Virus record (IMG/VR): IMGVR_UViG_2903405734_000002
Coordinates: 64,001 to 128,000 of that record
DNA: 64,000 bases
Origin: a virus
Lineage: Duplodnaviria > Heunggongvirae > Uroviricota > Caudoviricetes
Direction: 5' to 3' (one strand)
Shown: one piece after another, positions 9,550-18,360 of the stretch
Numbering within the stretch: position 1 is the stretch's first letter
How the letters are laid out: each line of letters starts with the position of its first letter
Notes under the pieces: generated by a model
The model's database searches: none
Told to the model about the DNA's origin: nothing
The model's input: the letters and a program-made list of their open reading frames with translations, nothing else
Translations under genes and position numbers: made by a program

Positions 9550-10428
9550 TTAGCTTGAACTACTTCCAGCTATGCCAGAGCTGTAACCAGAGGCTCCTAA
9601 GACCCCGTTTGTCACTCCTGCGCTACCTATAGGAGCAGCCCCTTGGCTGTTCTGGAACGCTTGCTTCATCGCTGCTGTGACCTCAACAACCCCCATCTCT
9701 GCACTAGATGCCAGATTTGATAGATATCGCTCCAGTGATGATGGGATTGTAAACTCCTCAGTGTACTCAGAACCAAGAATGGATTTGCCTGCAAACACCT
9801 GAGTTCCGGCCAGCTTAAGTGCATCAAGTGATGTCGTAGTGCAGTTGTTACCCGTCAGATCGTACCTGTCGATCACCCTCCCCTCAACCTTGAATGCATC
9901 TGTTGATGGTTGCTGAGAGCTGGAAAGCCATTTTTTCTGGAAGATGGCTAATGCAAGGCCCTCATCAATATCTGTGATCTTGAAGGCTCTTGCTGACATT
10001 CGGTAGAGCTCATGCTGATAGTAATCTCTGGCCTTCGCGAAGCTGTATTGAATAAGAACGCCATCACCTACTGGTGAGAATGATGTGTCCCCAAAGCGGC
10101 CATAGGTGTAGACATGAATGCTCCACTCCTTGTGGATTGAGACAAACGCATGTCCTGTGCCCTGGGTCTCCGTCCAAAGAAAAACCCCGTTAGTCAAAAG
10201 ATCGCTTGGTTTTTCGCAAACTTTGTCCTCTTCAAGCCAGTAGCCTTTGGCAGCCTCGGAAAGAGTTACAGACCCATGATCATCACCCCTCAGATAAGAA
10301 ATGGGCTCACCTACAGCCAGGGCCTTATCCTGCCACAACCCCAGCCCCCTGCCGTACTGTCTCATCCTCTCAGGTGTCATTGTGCTCGCTCCTTTTGTGT
10401 CCAAAAGGCATCTTGCCACAGGGCGCAA
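9550..10428 (-). CDS. Permuted papain-like (His...Cys) domain protein, toxin-like; N-terminus may be truncated
   Basis: GHAFVS...YDLTGNNCTT His-before-Cys arrangement; Gly/Ser-rich end; visibly GC-richer DNA than its flanks. Confidence 0.55.
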   Translation of the reverse strand: MRPVARCLLDTKGASTMTPERMRQYGRGLGLWQDKALAVGEPISYLRGDDHGSVTLSEAAKGYWLEEDKVCEKPSDLLTNGVFLWTETQGTGHAFVSIHKEWSIHVYTYGRFGDTSFSPVGDGVLIQYSFAKARDYYQHELYRMSARAFKITDIDEGLALAIFQKKWLSSSQQPSTDAFKVEGRVIDRYDLTGNNCTTTSLDALKLAGTQVFAGKSILGSEYTEEFTIPSSLERYLSNLASSAEMGVVEVTAAMKQAFQNSQGAAPIGSAGVTNGVLGASGYSSGIAGSSSS

Positions 10429-10598
10429 GCGAGGCCAAAGAGATAATCTAGCGCAACGACATGTTTTGTCTTGAGTTGAGCCCTACCCTACCCTCTTCCA
10501 AAAATGAAAAACTGACCATGATTGGTCAGTCTTATCTTGTTTTTTAAATTACCAGAGACTTGCGGGAACCTCGTCCTTTATGGCTGGGAGGATGTTAA

Positions 10599-11207
10599 TC
10601 ATCGCTCAATAGATGCATCCTTTGCCTTTAGCTCTTTGCGCTCGTCTCTTTGGCCTTGTTTAATAAGCTCCTGGGAGTGCATATTCATCATTTCTTGAAT
10701 GTCGCCAATCGTCTTGTTAATAAACTGACTCCCGCCAGGTATGGCGTTAGCTTGTTTTATTTCGGTTGTTATCTCTTTTGCTCCCAGTGAAAAAAGCTCT
10801 CCAAGTTCTTTTTTTGTGATGTCGGGTTTTATTTTTTTGATTTCTTCCTCAAGAGAAGAAATTGCCTTGTCTGAAATGCCATATGCCTTGTCTAGAGATC
10901 CTTTGGAAATCACTGACATTGCTCCATTCCATACAAAAGACATTGCAGCTGCGGCCTTCATGCTAAAAGCATATGTAGCAAGCAGCTGGGCAGGCGAAGT
11001 TTGCCCATTAATCAGAGGCATAATTGCAATTGCGGTATTCATTGCGGCAAAAACAGATGCAAAAACAATGGTAGATTGGGCTGCATGTGTTGACATAACT
11101 CTATTTATGTATTTTCTTGCTCCGCTATTAAATTCCTTAACGTCATTTGCGACCGTTTCCTTTACCTGTCCGATAAGCCAGGACTTCTCAATTTTTGTTA
11201 GGCTCAT
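10599..11207 (-). CDS. Family A hydrophobic-hairpin protein (divergent member); tail ...KDASIER
   Basis: V.NDVKEF motif aligns with V..DFKPFS of the paralogues; two Ala-rich hydrophobic segments; similar length. Confidence 0.7.
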   Translation of the reverse strand: MSLTKIEKSWLIGQVKETVANDVKEFNSGARKYINRVMSTHAAQSTIVFASVFAAMNTAIAIMPLINGQTSPAQLLATYAFSMKAAAAMSFVWNGAMSVISKGSLDKAYGISDKAISSLEEEIKKIKPDITKKELGELFSLGAKEITTEIKQANAIPGGSQFINKTIGDIQEMMNMHSQELIKQGQRDERKELKAKDASIER

Positions 11208-11222
11208 AACTCACCTGTTTAA

Positions 11223-11543
11223 TTAATTGTTAAATATAGCAACCAGTGGCCCTTTCATTTTATGAATAACCTCCTCAAAGCGCGTAAGATTATTTATCTC
11301 ATCATCAATCCCTACAATTGCAGATAGGTCATTTTCAGAGTATTTGATTAGGATTGAGCTGATGATTGCATTTGCATTAAAAATAGCGTTCTTAACATCA
11401 TCAAGACTGGCTATTAGCGATTGAATTTCTGTATCTGGATTGCCAGCGTTCTTTTTAATTCCATTGTTAATAATGCTATCAAACTCATCCGTCTTTATTT
11501 TTAGCTCGGTTAAGAACAGAATCACATCTTCTTTCATATACAT
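11223..11543 (-). CDS. Family B acidic ~106-aa helical protein
   Basis: MY..EDV..FLTELK...D......ID(D/E)EI; paralogue of 11602 and 21690. Confidence 0.85.
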   Translation of the reverse strand: MYMKEDVILFLTELKIKTDEFDSIINNGIKKNAGNPDTEIQSLIASLDDVKNAIFNANAIISSILIKYSENDLSAIVGIDDEINNLTRFEEVIHKMKGPLVAIFNN

Positions 11544-11601
11544 AAAGAAATCTCACAAAAAACCCCTTCGCCAAATAGAAGGGGCTATAATTTAAATTAA
11601 A

Positions 11602-11922
11602 TTACCATCCAAAAAGATTTTTCAATGGAGTTCTGGTCTTTTTGAGTGTGCCTGAGTGCTCTTTCAGTAATTCAATCTCTTCATCGATATCCATCATTGC
11701 TGAGGTTCTGGTGTCTGCCATTTTTGCCAAAACAACACCCATTACCGCTTCTGCCTCGATCATGGCTCTGCTGATTGCATCAACATTTTCTTTTACTGAT
11801 TCCAAGCCTGGATCTGTAAGCTTGATGTCTTCTTTGAAGCCCTTGCTGATAATCTCTTCAATGTCTACCATGTCCATTTTCAGCTCAGTGAGAAAATCGA
11901 CCACATCCTGAATTAAATACAT
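11602..11922 (-). CDS. Family B acidic ~106-aa helical protein
   Basis: MYLIQDVVDFLTELK...DP...IDEEI; GAGG RBS. Confidence 0.85.
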   Translation of the reverse strand: MYLIQDVVDFLTELKMDMVDIEEIISKGFKEDIKLTDPGLESVKENVDAISRAMIEAEAVMGVVLAKMADTRTSAMMDIDEEIELLKEHSGTLKKTRTPLKNLFGW

Positions 11923-11956
11923 TTTTGCCTCTCGGTATTTGTTTTTAACTTAATAA

Positions 11957-12610
11957 TTAAATAGAGTAAGATGAGTTCTCTTTTGACTCTCTCTCTTTGA
12001 CCGCCTTTTCAAAACCTTTGTTGATATTTCTTTCAAAGGCGTTGTAAATATCTTTCTGCATCTCTGGAGTTCGACCAAGCGGCGTTTCTTCGAGTTTTTT
12101 CAGTAGACTCTTCTTGCTTTCCTCAAGAGCCTGCTTGAATTCATTAATACTCAGATCCTTGCTAATTCCACCAGCATTCTCAATAAACTTCTCGGTGATG
12201 GACTTACCTTTATTCATGTACCCAATCATTTCAATCTTTTCGGCTATTTTGCTAAAGGCACTAGCAACTGGCGGCAGGACTGCATGAGCAACGAGAAGTG
12301 CAGCAGCAACAGCGCCTCCACCAGCCATTCCCGTTGCCAGCACTGCGGCTCCACCAACAAGAGAAGCCTGCGCGGCCACCAATCCCAATGAAGTTGCAAA
12401 AAACATGGTTCCAAAAGCAGAGCCTTGAATGATATCTTTTCTGCTGACATCAAACTTTATGGCTGATGATATCTCTGAAAAATACCCACTAACCCTACCT
12501 GAAAAAGGCTTCACCTCATCGGAAACGACTTTCTCCAGTTCTTTTGACGCCTTAAAAATCTGCCAGGCCCTAGCATCACTAAAATCTGATATTTTCATTT
12601 TCACGCCCAT
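11957..12610 (-). CDS. Family A hydrophobic-hairpin protein; tail ...ENSSYSI
   Basis: VSDEVKPFSGRVS and LVAH.VLPP.A.A.SKIA motifs. Confidence 0.85.
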   Translation of the reverse strand: MGVKMKISDFSDARAWQIFKASKELEKVVSDEVKPFSGRVSGYFSEISSAIKFDVSRKDIIQGSAFGTMFFATSLGLVAAQASLVGGAAVLATGMAGGGAVAAALLVAHAVLPPVASAFSKIAEKIEMIGYMNKGKSITEKFIENAGGISKDLSINEFKQALEESKKSLLKKLEETPLGRTPEMQKDIYNAFERNINKGFEKAVKERESKENSSYSI

Positions 12611-12781
12611 TGTTATGGTTATTGGCGATTAATTACACTTAATAATTTCTGACATATAAAGTCAAAAACCATCTTATTTTGTCACATATTGATATTATCA
12701 CTCAGAAATAAGAAAAACAATTGCTTGAGCCCCAGAAAACATAAAAATGGAGCCGAAAAGCTCCATTAATTATTTTGTTTA

Positions 12782-13426
12782 TTATCTTGACAATGATGTA
12801 TTGTCATTTTTTCTGTTGATGCTGTTTAATGATGAGTGGTAGGCATTATGAACCTTTTCTTCAAGAACATCTCTGATTTTATCTCTGACACTTGGATTTT
12901 CCGAAAACTCTGATTTCCTTAGTGAGTCAAGTATCTGAGTTCGCCCTTCGCTTGCGATCTGCTTAAGGTGCTCATGATCCCTTCCATCTCCAAGTTTGCT
13001 CATGGCATCAGAGAATTTACTTACCAAAGAGTCATTTTCAGAAAAATATTTTTTTAGCTCAAAATGAGATGCAATCTTGCTAATGGCCTTTGCTATTGGA
13101 GGCAAAGCAAAATGTGCAACCATTAGGGCGGCAGAACCTGTTACCAGGCCCAATGTTTGGTCAAAGCTCATTGCCCCCATACCGCTTACGCCATGATTAA
13201 TCTCCTGGATGTTCTGGTAGACATTGAATGAGACGGTCGATGTTACTGTTGCTAAGGATGCCGCAAACAATGGATATTTATTCTGGATTGTATTGCCAAG
13301 ACTCTCAAAGAATGAGCTTACCTTTCCAGAAAACGGCTTGAAGTCATCAGCGACCAGCTTTTTGATTTCTGCGGAGCGACTGATGATATCTTGATGAATT
13401 GACTCGTTGCTATGTACATTAACCAT
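12782..13426 (-). CDS. Family A hydrophobic-hairpin protein; tail ...DNTSLSR
   Basis: VADDFKPFSGKVSSFF and LMVAHFALPPIAKAISKIA motifs. Confidence 0.9.
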   Translation of the reverse strand: MVNVHSNESIHQDIISRSAEIKKLVADDFKPFSGKVSSFFESLGNTIQNKYPLFAASLATVTSTVSFNVYQNIQEINHGVSGMGAMSFDQTLGLVTGSAALMVAHFALPPIAKAISKIASHFELKKYFSENDSLVSKFSDAMSKLGDGRDHEHLKQIASEGRTQILDSLRKSEFSENPSVRDKIRDVLEEKVHNAYHSSLNSINRKNDNTSLSR

Positions 13427-13449
13427 AAAATAACCCTATTTGATGTTTA

Positions 13450-14109
13450 TTATCTAGACAGAGATGACTCATCTGGCTTTTTATAAATTTTATCGACTGA
13501 TGTTCGATAGGCTTCAAAAACCTTCTCTTCAAGAATATTATTGATTTTCTCTCTCACGCTTGGATCTTCTGCGAGCCTAGAGTTTTTAATTCCCTCTACA
13601 ATTCCATGCCTACCATGCTGTGCGATTAGGTGAAGATCTTCCTTGCTTCTTCCATCACCAATCTTTTCCATCAATCCTACAAATTTATTGGTGGCTGCTT
13701 CATTTTCTGCAAAATACTGCTTTAGCTCAAAATGAGTGGCAATCTTACTGATTGCTTTTGCGATAGGCGGCAAAGCAAAGTGAGCAACCATTAGAGCGCC
13801 TGCTGCACTAACGAGACCAACAGTTTGGTCATAATTGAATATGGAGTCCCCAAGGCCATTGTTCATGGTAATGTTGGGAATTTTGTTATACATCAAATTC
13901 TCTGCTGTTTGGGCTGTACCATAAAGCATGGAGGCGGTTGTAGGAATCAAAACGGCCAACCCTGATGCAAAAATTGCCATTTTGTTTTGTATTGTGTTTC
14001 CGAGCTTTTCAAAAAAAAGGCTTGTTTTTCCTGAGAATGGTTTAAATTCTTCAGTAACCAGTTTTTTGATTTCTTCCGCTCTATCAATTATATCTTGTTG
14101 TGATCTCAT
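13450..14109 (-). CDS. Family A hydrophobic-hairpin protein; tail ...DESSLSR
   Basis: Close tandem paralogue of 12782 (shared LMVAHFALPPIAKAISKIA and EDPSVREKI/ENPSVRDKI). Confidence 0.9.
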   Translation of the reverse strand: MRSQQDIIDRAEEIKKLVTEEFKPFSGKTSLFFEKLGNTIQNKMAIFASGLAVLIPTTASMLYGTAQTAENLMYNKIPNITMNNGLGDSIFNYDQTVGLVSAAGALMVAHFALPPIAKAISKIATHFELKQYFAENEAATNKFVGLMEKIGDGRSKEDLHLIAQHGRHGIVEGIKNSRLAEDPSVREKINNILEEKVFEAYRTSVDKIYKKPDESSLSR

Positions 14110-14242
14110 GACCTACATCCTTTTATTCTTATTGTTATTTAAGAAATTATCATCCCAACCCAATAATAAATCAACATAACAATTAGAAAACATTGAATAT
14201 TTTTAAATAAACACAAAGAAATGCGCCGCGAAACACAAGAAA

Positions 14243-14263
14243 ATGGTTTGCTTTTGATACTAT
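14243..14263 (-). promoter_or_regulatory. Putative NrtR operator upstream of nrtR
   Basis: Minus strand reads ATAGTATCAAAAGCAAACCAT, matching four other sites. Confidence 0.65.
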
Positions 14264-14303
14264 CTATGGTAGCATGTGGTATAGCAATACAGGAGTATTT
14301 TTT

Positions 14304-15023
14304 ATGTACAATGATGAGCTTTATAGCAAAAAGCGACCTAACGTGGGGGTTACTATCATTCCTTTCATCTATGATGAGGGTGAAATCAAGGCTTTAACCT
14401 ATAAGCGAGACCTTGATGCAGAAGTGTTTCCTGGGAGGCTGGCCTTTCCAAACTGCTTCTATGATAGAGAAAACGTAGAAAGCGCAGAAGAGGCGGCAAT
14501 CGGCGCTTTGCTGTCAAAAACCAGTATTGAACTGCCCTACTTCGAGCAGTTGCATACTTTTAGCGGCAACTATATTGACCCAGAGCGGATCAATACCGTG
14601 AACATCACTTACTTCTCTCTTGTTCGCCTTGCTGATGTGAGTGAGATTGGTGATCCTCACTACGAAAAAGAGTGGCTCACGGTAGATGAAATTATTGCGA
14701 AGAAAGACCTCTTTGCATTCAATCACTATGAGGTTTTTGATTGTGCATGGAAGAGGATCAGGGCTAAGGCGGAATACACTCCGATTGCGACAAACCTTCT
14801 GGATGAGATGTTCACCATTGTTGAGTTCAAGAAGCTGACTGAAAAGCTGCTTGGGTTTGAGCTGAATAATGCCAGGCTGAGAGACCGTATCGAGGTGTCG
14901 GAGCTACTAATCCCCTGTGAAGGGATGTTTAAGACCCACAGCACGAAGCCTGCTCAGCTCTACAAGCTGAACCCACTGAATGACGGGGTTTTCTATCCCA
15001 GAAGTATGACAAAAGCAAAATAG
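14304..15023 (+). CDS. nrtR: NrtR-type Nudix-related transcriptional regulator (Nudix + wHTH)
   Basis: AGGAG RBS before ATG 14304; degenerate Nudix box; EQLHTF....DP; AFNH; wHTH segment FTI.E......RP/KPAQLY. Confidence 0.85.
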   Translation: MYNDELYSKKRPNVGVTIIPFIYDEGEIKALTYKRDLDAEVFPGRLAFPNCFYDRENVESAEEAAIGALLSKTSIELPYFEQLHTFSGNYIDPERINTVNITYFSLVRLADVSEIGDPHYEKEWLTVDEIIAKKDLFAFNHYEVFDCAWKRIRAKAEYTPIATNLLDEMFTIVEFKKLTEKLLGFELNNARLRDRIEVSELLIPCEGMFKTHSTKPAQLYKLNPLNDGVFYPRSMTKAK

Positions 15024-15107
15024 TTTGATGGCATACAAATTGTACTCTGGTTGGTTGTTGATATACGGCCACCAGCCAGAGCCAAGATGAATAAAAAAGG
15101 AAAGCAG

Positions 15108-15494
15108 ATGAGTGATAAATCGATTAACTTCAAATATTTAGATCCAACTATTCGTTACCAGGACGCTTTTTCTCCTTTTGAAAAGGGCATGTTTTCGCAA
15201 GCAATCATTGATGTGCTGGCTGAGCGACATCGCCAGGTAAATCAGGAAGGATGGAATGCTGAGACTGATGACAACTATCAGGATCGTGAGCTTGCGGCTG
15301 CCGCAATCAACTATGCAGCCCCCCACTCTGATACGCCAGTAAGCAAAAAAGAGATCCCTTTCCTTGCATTCTGGCCTTTTGCTAAAAAATGGTGGAAGCC
15401 ATCAAGCTATCGCAGGAACTTGGTTAAAGCCATTGCATTGCTGATTGCCGAGCTTGAGCGATTGGATCGCGCAGAGAAAAAGCCAGAAAACTGA
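15108..15494 (+). CDS. Phage-type conserved helical hypothetical protein
   Basis: AER.RQ...EGW...DD...ELAAAA..YA...WP...WWKP...RRNLVKA.AL..AE.ERLDR pattern, typical of phage accessory proteins; AAGG RBS. Confidence 0.75.
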   Translation: MSDKSINFKYLDPTIRYQDAFSPFEKGMFSQAIIDVLAERHRQVNQEGWNAETDDNYQDRELAAAAINYAAPHSDTPVSKKEIPFLAFWPFAKKWWKPSSYRRNLVKAIALLIAELERLDRAEKKPEN

Positions 15495-15524
15495 TGGGTG
15501 CCCCTACCCTCTTGCAATAGAAAG

Positions 15525-15550
15525 AAGCCACCAGCAACGGTGGCTTTTTT
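15525..15550 (+). terminator. Intrinsic terminator
   Basis: AAGCCACC-AGCAAC-GGTGGCTTTTTT. Confidence 0.8.
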
Positions 15551-15588
15551 GCAATCAACAGAAAAACATTCTTTTTCGCTTTTTTAAG

Positions 15589-15637
15589 TAAGTATCACAT
15601 TCGAACTATTGACATAGTATCGAATCTGAACTATCTT
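15589..15637 (+). promoter_or_regulatory. sigma70 promoter overlapped by two putative NrtR operators
   Basis: TTGACA (15609)-17 nt-TATCTT (15632). Operators TAAGTATCACATTCGAACTAT (15589-15609) and ATAGTATCGAATCTGAACTAT (15614-15634). Confidence 0.75.
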
Positions 15638-15699
15638 AGTCTCAAGAAAGGAAAACAACCGCCTCACGGCACATCACAAAAAAGTATTTGGAGAAGACC

Positions 15700-16581
15700 A
15701 TGAAACAAAACAATCAGCTGATCATCATTGACCCCCAATACGACTTCCACAATGTACCTGAAAATCATCAGGCGATTAGCGTAAACAAAGATAACGGCTC
15801 AATCTCCCGCATTGCTCCTGCACTGCCTGTTGATGGCTCATGGCAAGACGCGCTGAACCTGGCTGCCTTCATCGAAAAGGCCGGTAATCAGCTTAATTCC
15901 ATTACCGTGACACTGGATAGCCACCAGCAATACGATATCTCCCATCCGCTGTTCTGGCGTGATGCGAATGGCAAGCAACCTGCTCCGTTCACTCAGATCA
16001 AGCACGAAGATGTCCTGAATGGCGTAATGAAGCCGATTGATTCCAAGCAAGTTCAGTATGCTTTGGATTACACCAAAGCTCTGGAAGATGCTGGTCGCTA
16101 CCCGCTGATCATTTGGCCGCCGCACTGCCTGATCGGCACCCCAGGTCATAACGTGGTACAGCCTGTATGCAGCGCTCTGCTTGACTGGGAAAATCGCTAC
16201 ATTGCTCGCGTGAACTACATGACCAAGGGCCATAACCCCTACACAGAGCACTATGGCGCGTTTGCTGCGGAAGTTCCTTACGCTGCGGATCCGACTACCA
16301 AGCTGAGCCGTCCGATGATTGAGCGCTTTGAACAAGCGGATCTGATTTTCCTGACTGGTCAAGCTCTGAGTCACTGTGTTGCAGCTACCGTTCGTCAGCT
16401 GGCTGACAACTTCGGTAACGAGAACATCAAGAAGCTGGTTCTGCTCCGCGACACTACATCTCCGGTGACTGGCTTCGAGAAAAACGGCGAAGACTTCATT
16501 GAAGAAATGAAAGCTCGTGGAATGCGCGTGGTTAACACCACTGATGTCATCGTGACCCATAACGGTCTGAGCATCGCGTAA
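15700..16581 (+). CDS. pncA: Nicotinamidase-like cysteine hydrolase (isochorismatase family)
   Basis: IIDPQYDF, TLDSH, HP, WPPHC, KG, GQALSHCV (Asp-Lys-Cys triad plus metal ligands); GGAG RBS before ATG 15700. Confidence 0.8.
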   Translation: MKQNNQLIIIDPQYDFHNVPENHQAISVNKDNGSISRIAPALPVDGSWQDALNLAAFIEKAGNQLNSITVTLDSHQQYDISHPLFWRDANGKQPAPFTQIKHEDVLNGVMKPIDSKQVQYALDYTKALEDAGRYPLIIWPPHCLIGTPGHNVVQPVCSALLDWENRYIARVNYMTKGHNPYTEHYGAFAAEVPYAADPTTKLSRPMIERFEQADLIFLTGQALSHCVAATVRQLADNFGNENIKKLVLLRDTTSPVTGFEKNGEDFIEEMKARGMRVVNTTDVIVTHNGLSIA

Positions 16582-16662
16582 TCGCCTGACAAGGCCATGT
16601 TTGATAATTCCTGCCAGAGCTAAATGCTCTGGCATAACAGAACCAGTTTCTAAGGATACTCT

Positions 16663-17406
16663 ATGCGTATTGATCAAGAAGAACTCATGGTAGGCGGACT
16701 GACCACCAGCAACTTTCACTTCTCTGCCCTGGATGTAGCTCGCCTGTCTGCTTCCGAATACACTCTCGTTGCAATCGTGCTCGACCAAAGCGGAAGCACC
16801 TTCTCGTTCCAGGATCAGCAAATCAAAGCAATCGAAGAGATTGTTGAGGCTTGCCGTAAATCGCCTCGCGCTGAGAACCTGATGATCCGCCTCGTAACAT
16901 TTAATAATCATGTCTACGAAGAGCATGGCTTTACCCTGCTGTCTGCGATCAAGACCGACAACTACAAGCAGATCAAATCGCCAAATGGCATGACTGCTCT
17001 GTACGATGCCACCATTAGCGCCGTTGAAAGCGTCAAGGCTTACGGCAAAAAGCTGATGGAAGAAGATTTTGATGCAAACGCCATCGTGTTTGTGATTACC
17101 GATGGTGATGATAACGCATCAGTAAACAGCACTGCGGATGTGAAAAAGGCAATCAATAGCGCGATCAGCGAAGAATGTGTTGAATCCATCCGAACAGTTC
17201 TGATCGGCCTGAACACTTCGAGCGCAACTGGCCTGTCTTCCTACTTGCAAGACTTCAAGGACAAGTCTGAGATCGAACAGTACATCGATGTGGCCGATGC
17301 CAGCGCGAAAAGCCTTGCCAAACTTGCCGACTTCGTGAGTAAGTCAATCAGTGCTCAGTCCCAGGCTCTTGGTACTGGTGGCCCGAGCAAAGCTCTGTCC
17401 TTCTGA
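16663..17406 (+). CDS. vWA domain protein (TerY-like)
   Basis: MIDAS motif DQSGS, TALYDA, VITDG. Confidence 0.9.
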   Translation: MRIDQEELMVGGLTTSNFHFSALDVARLSASEYTLVAIVLDQSGSTFSFQDQQIKAIEEIVEACRKSPRAENLMIRLVTFNNHVYEEHGFTLLSAIKTDNYKQIKSPNGMTALYDATISAVESVKAYGKKLMEEDFDANAIVFVITDGDDNASVNSTADVKKAINSAISEECVESIRTVLIGLNTSSATGLSSYLQDFKDKSEIEQYIDVADASAKSLAKLADFVSKSISAQSQALGTGGPSKALSF

Positions 17407-17450
17407 TTTCACGACCGAGCCTCTGGAGATCCCAGGGGCTTTCTTATCGA

Positions 17451-18305
17451 ATGCGAAGTAGCGAGACTTATTTAATGGAAATTAATGCCGATGGCTTGTT
17501 CTTGAAAGGTGATCAGCACCATGTCTGTGAAGATTACGCACTTTTTTCAAAAAACGAGGCGCTGTCTTTTGCCATGATTAGTGATGGGTGCTCAGGAAGC
17601 CAGCATACCAGCGTAGGAGCTCGCCTAATCGCTCACGCATGCCGGACTGTACTGCTTGGTATGGAAGCCTATGAGCTGTCCCATATCTCGCATGCTGACC
17701 TTGGCAAGAAAATCATCAGCAAGGCAGCAGAAGCGGCTGCTCTCATTCATGACCGTACTGACATACTGGATGCCACTTTGATTTGCGCTTTCGCAGACAA
17801 GGTTAATCAGCGCGTCATTGTAATGGTCTATGGTGATGGCAGCGTGACATGGAAAGACAAGTCCGGTTCTGTGAAGCACATGTGCGTGGATTACCCGTCA
17901 GAATATCCTCGCTATCTGTCATACCTGCTGGATGAAGAGAGAAACAAGATCCTGCTGCAAAAATCCCCCAATGGCATGAATCAAACCTGGCTGACCTCTG
18001 GCGAGGAGCCCGAAGTGATCAACATGGACATTGAGCAACCTACCTTTGTCGTGATCCCGATGGAAGATCTGCAATGGGTGATGGTAAGCAGTGATGGACT
18101 GGATACCTTTTTCGACAGCGTAGCTGGTCGAGGTTTGAGTAAAAACGCCGTTCTGGCCGAACTCAGCAGCGTTAAAGGGCTCCATGGTGAGTTCATCAAC
18201 CGCAGGGTTAACAGAATGGTGAAGCAATTCCAGAAGAATGGCATCTATCACGGTGACGATCTGAGTGTTGCAGGTCTCTCCTTCTGTGAAGAAGAGAAGC
18301 AGTAA
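17451..18305 (+). CDS. PP2C-like protein phosphatase
   Basis: H..CEDY, ISDGCS, DAT, GDG, SSDGL, DDLS. Confidence 0.85.
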   Translation: MRSSETYLMEINADGLFLKGDQHHVCEDYALFSKNEALSFAMISDGCSGSQHTSVGARLIAHACRTVLLGMEAYELSHISHADLGKKIISKAAEAAALIHDRTDILDATLICAFADKVNQRVIVMVYGDGSVTWKDKSGSVKHMCVDYPSEYPRYLSYLLDEERNKILLQKSPNGMNQTWLTSGEEPEVINMDIEQPTFVVIPMEDLQWVMVSSDGLDTFFDSVAGRGLSKNAVLAELSSVKGLHGEFINRRVNRMVKQFQKNGIYHGDDLSVAGLSFCEEEKQ

Positions 18306-18360
18306 AAAATATTTTGCCATGAGTGGCGATTTCGGCTGATTTTTATTTTTGAGGTGAGTG

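Noticed and set aside
15108-15494. Assignment to a named anti-defence sponge (Acb2, Tad1, Tad2)
   Set aside because: The sequence does not match what I recall of those families; left as a conserved hypothetical.
10491-15512. Short repeat CCCTACCCTCTT before terminators at ~10496 and ~15502
   Set aside because: Only two 12-bp copies with no further shared context; may be chance.
15838-16926. 362-aa minus-strand ORF
   Set aside because: Antisense shadow of the well-supported pncA-like and vWA genes. The same applies to 38074-38772 and 38797-39522 opposite pncB, and to many short overlapping ORFs in the track.
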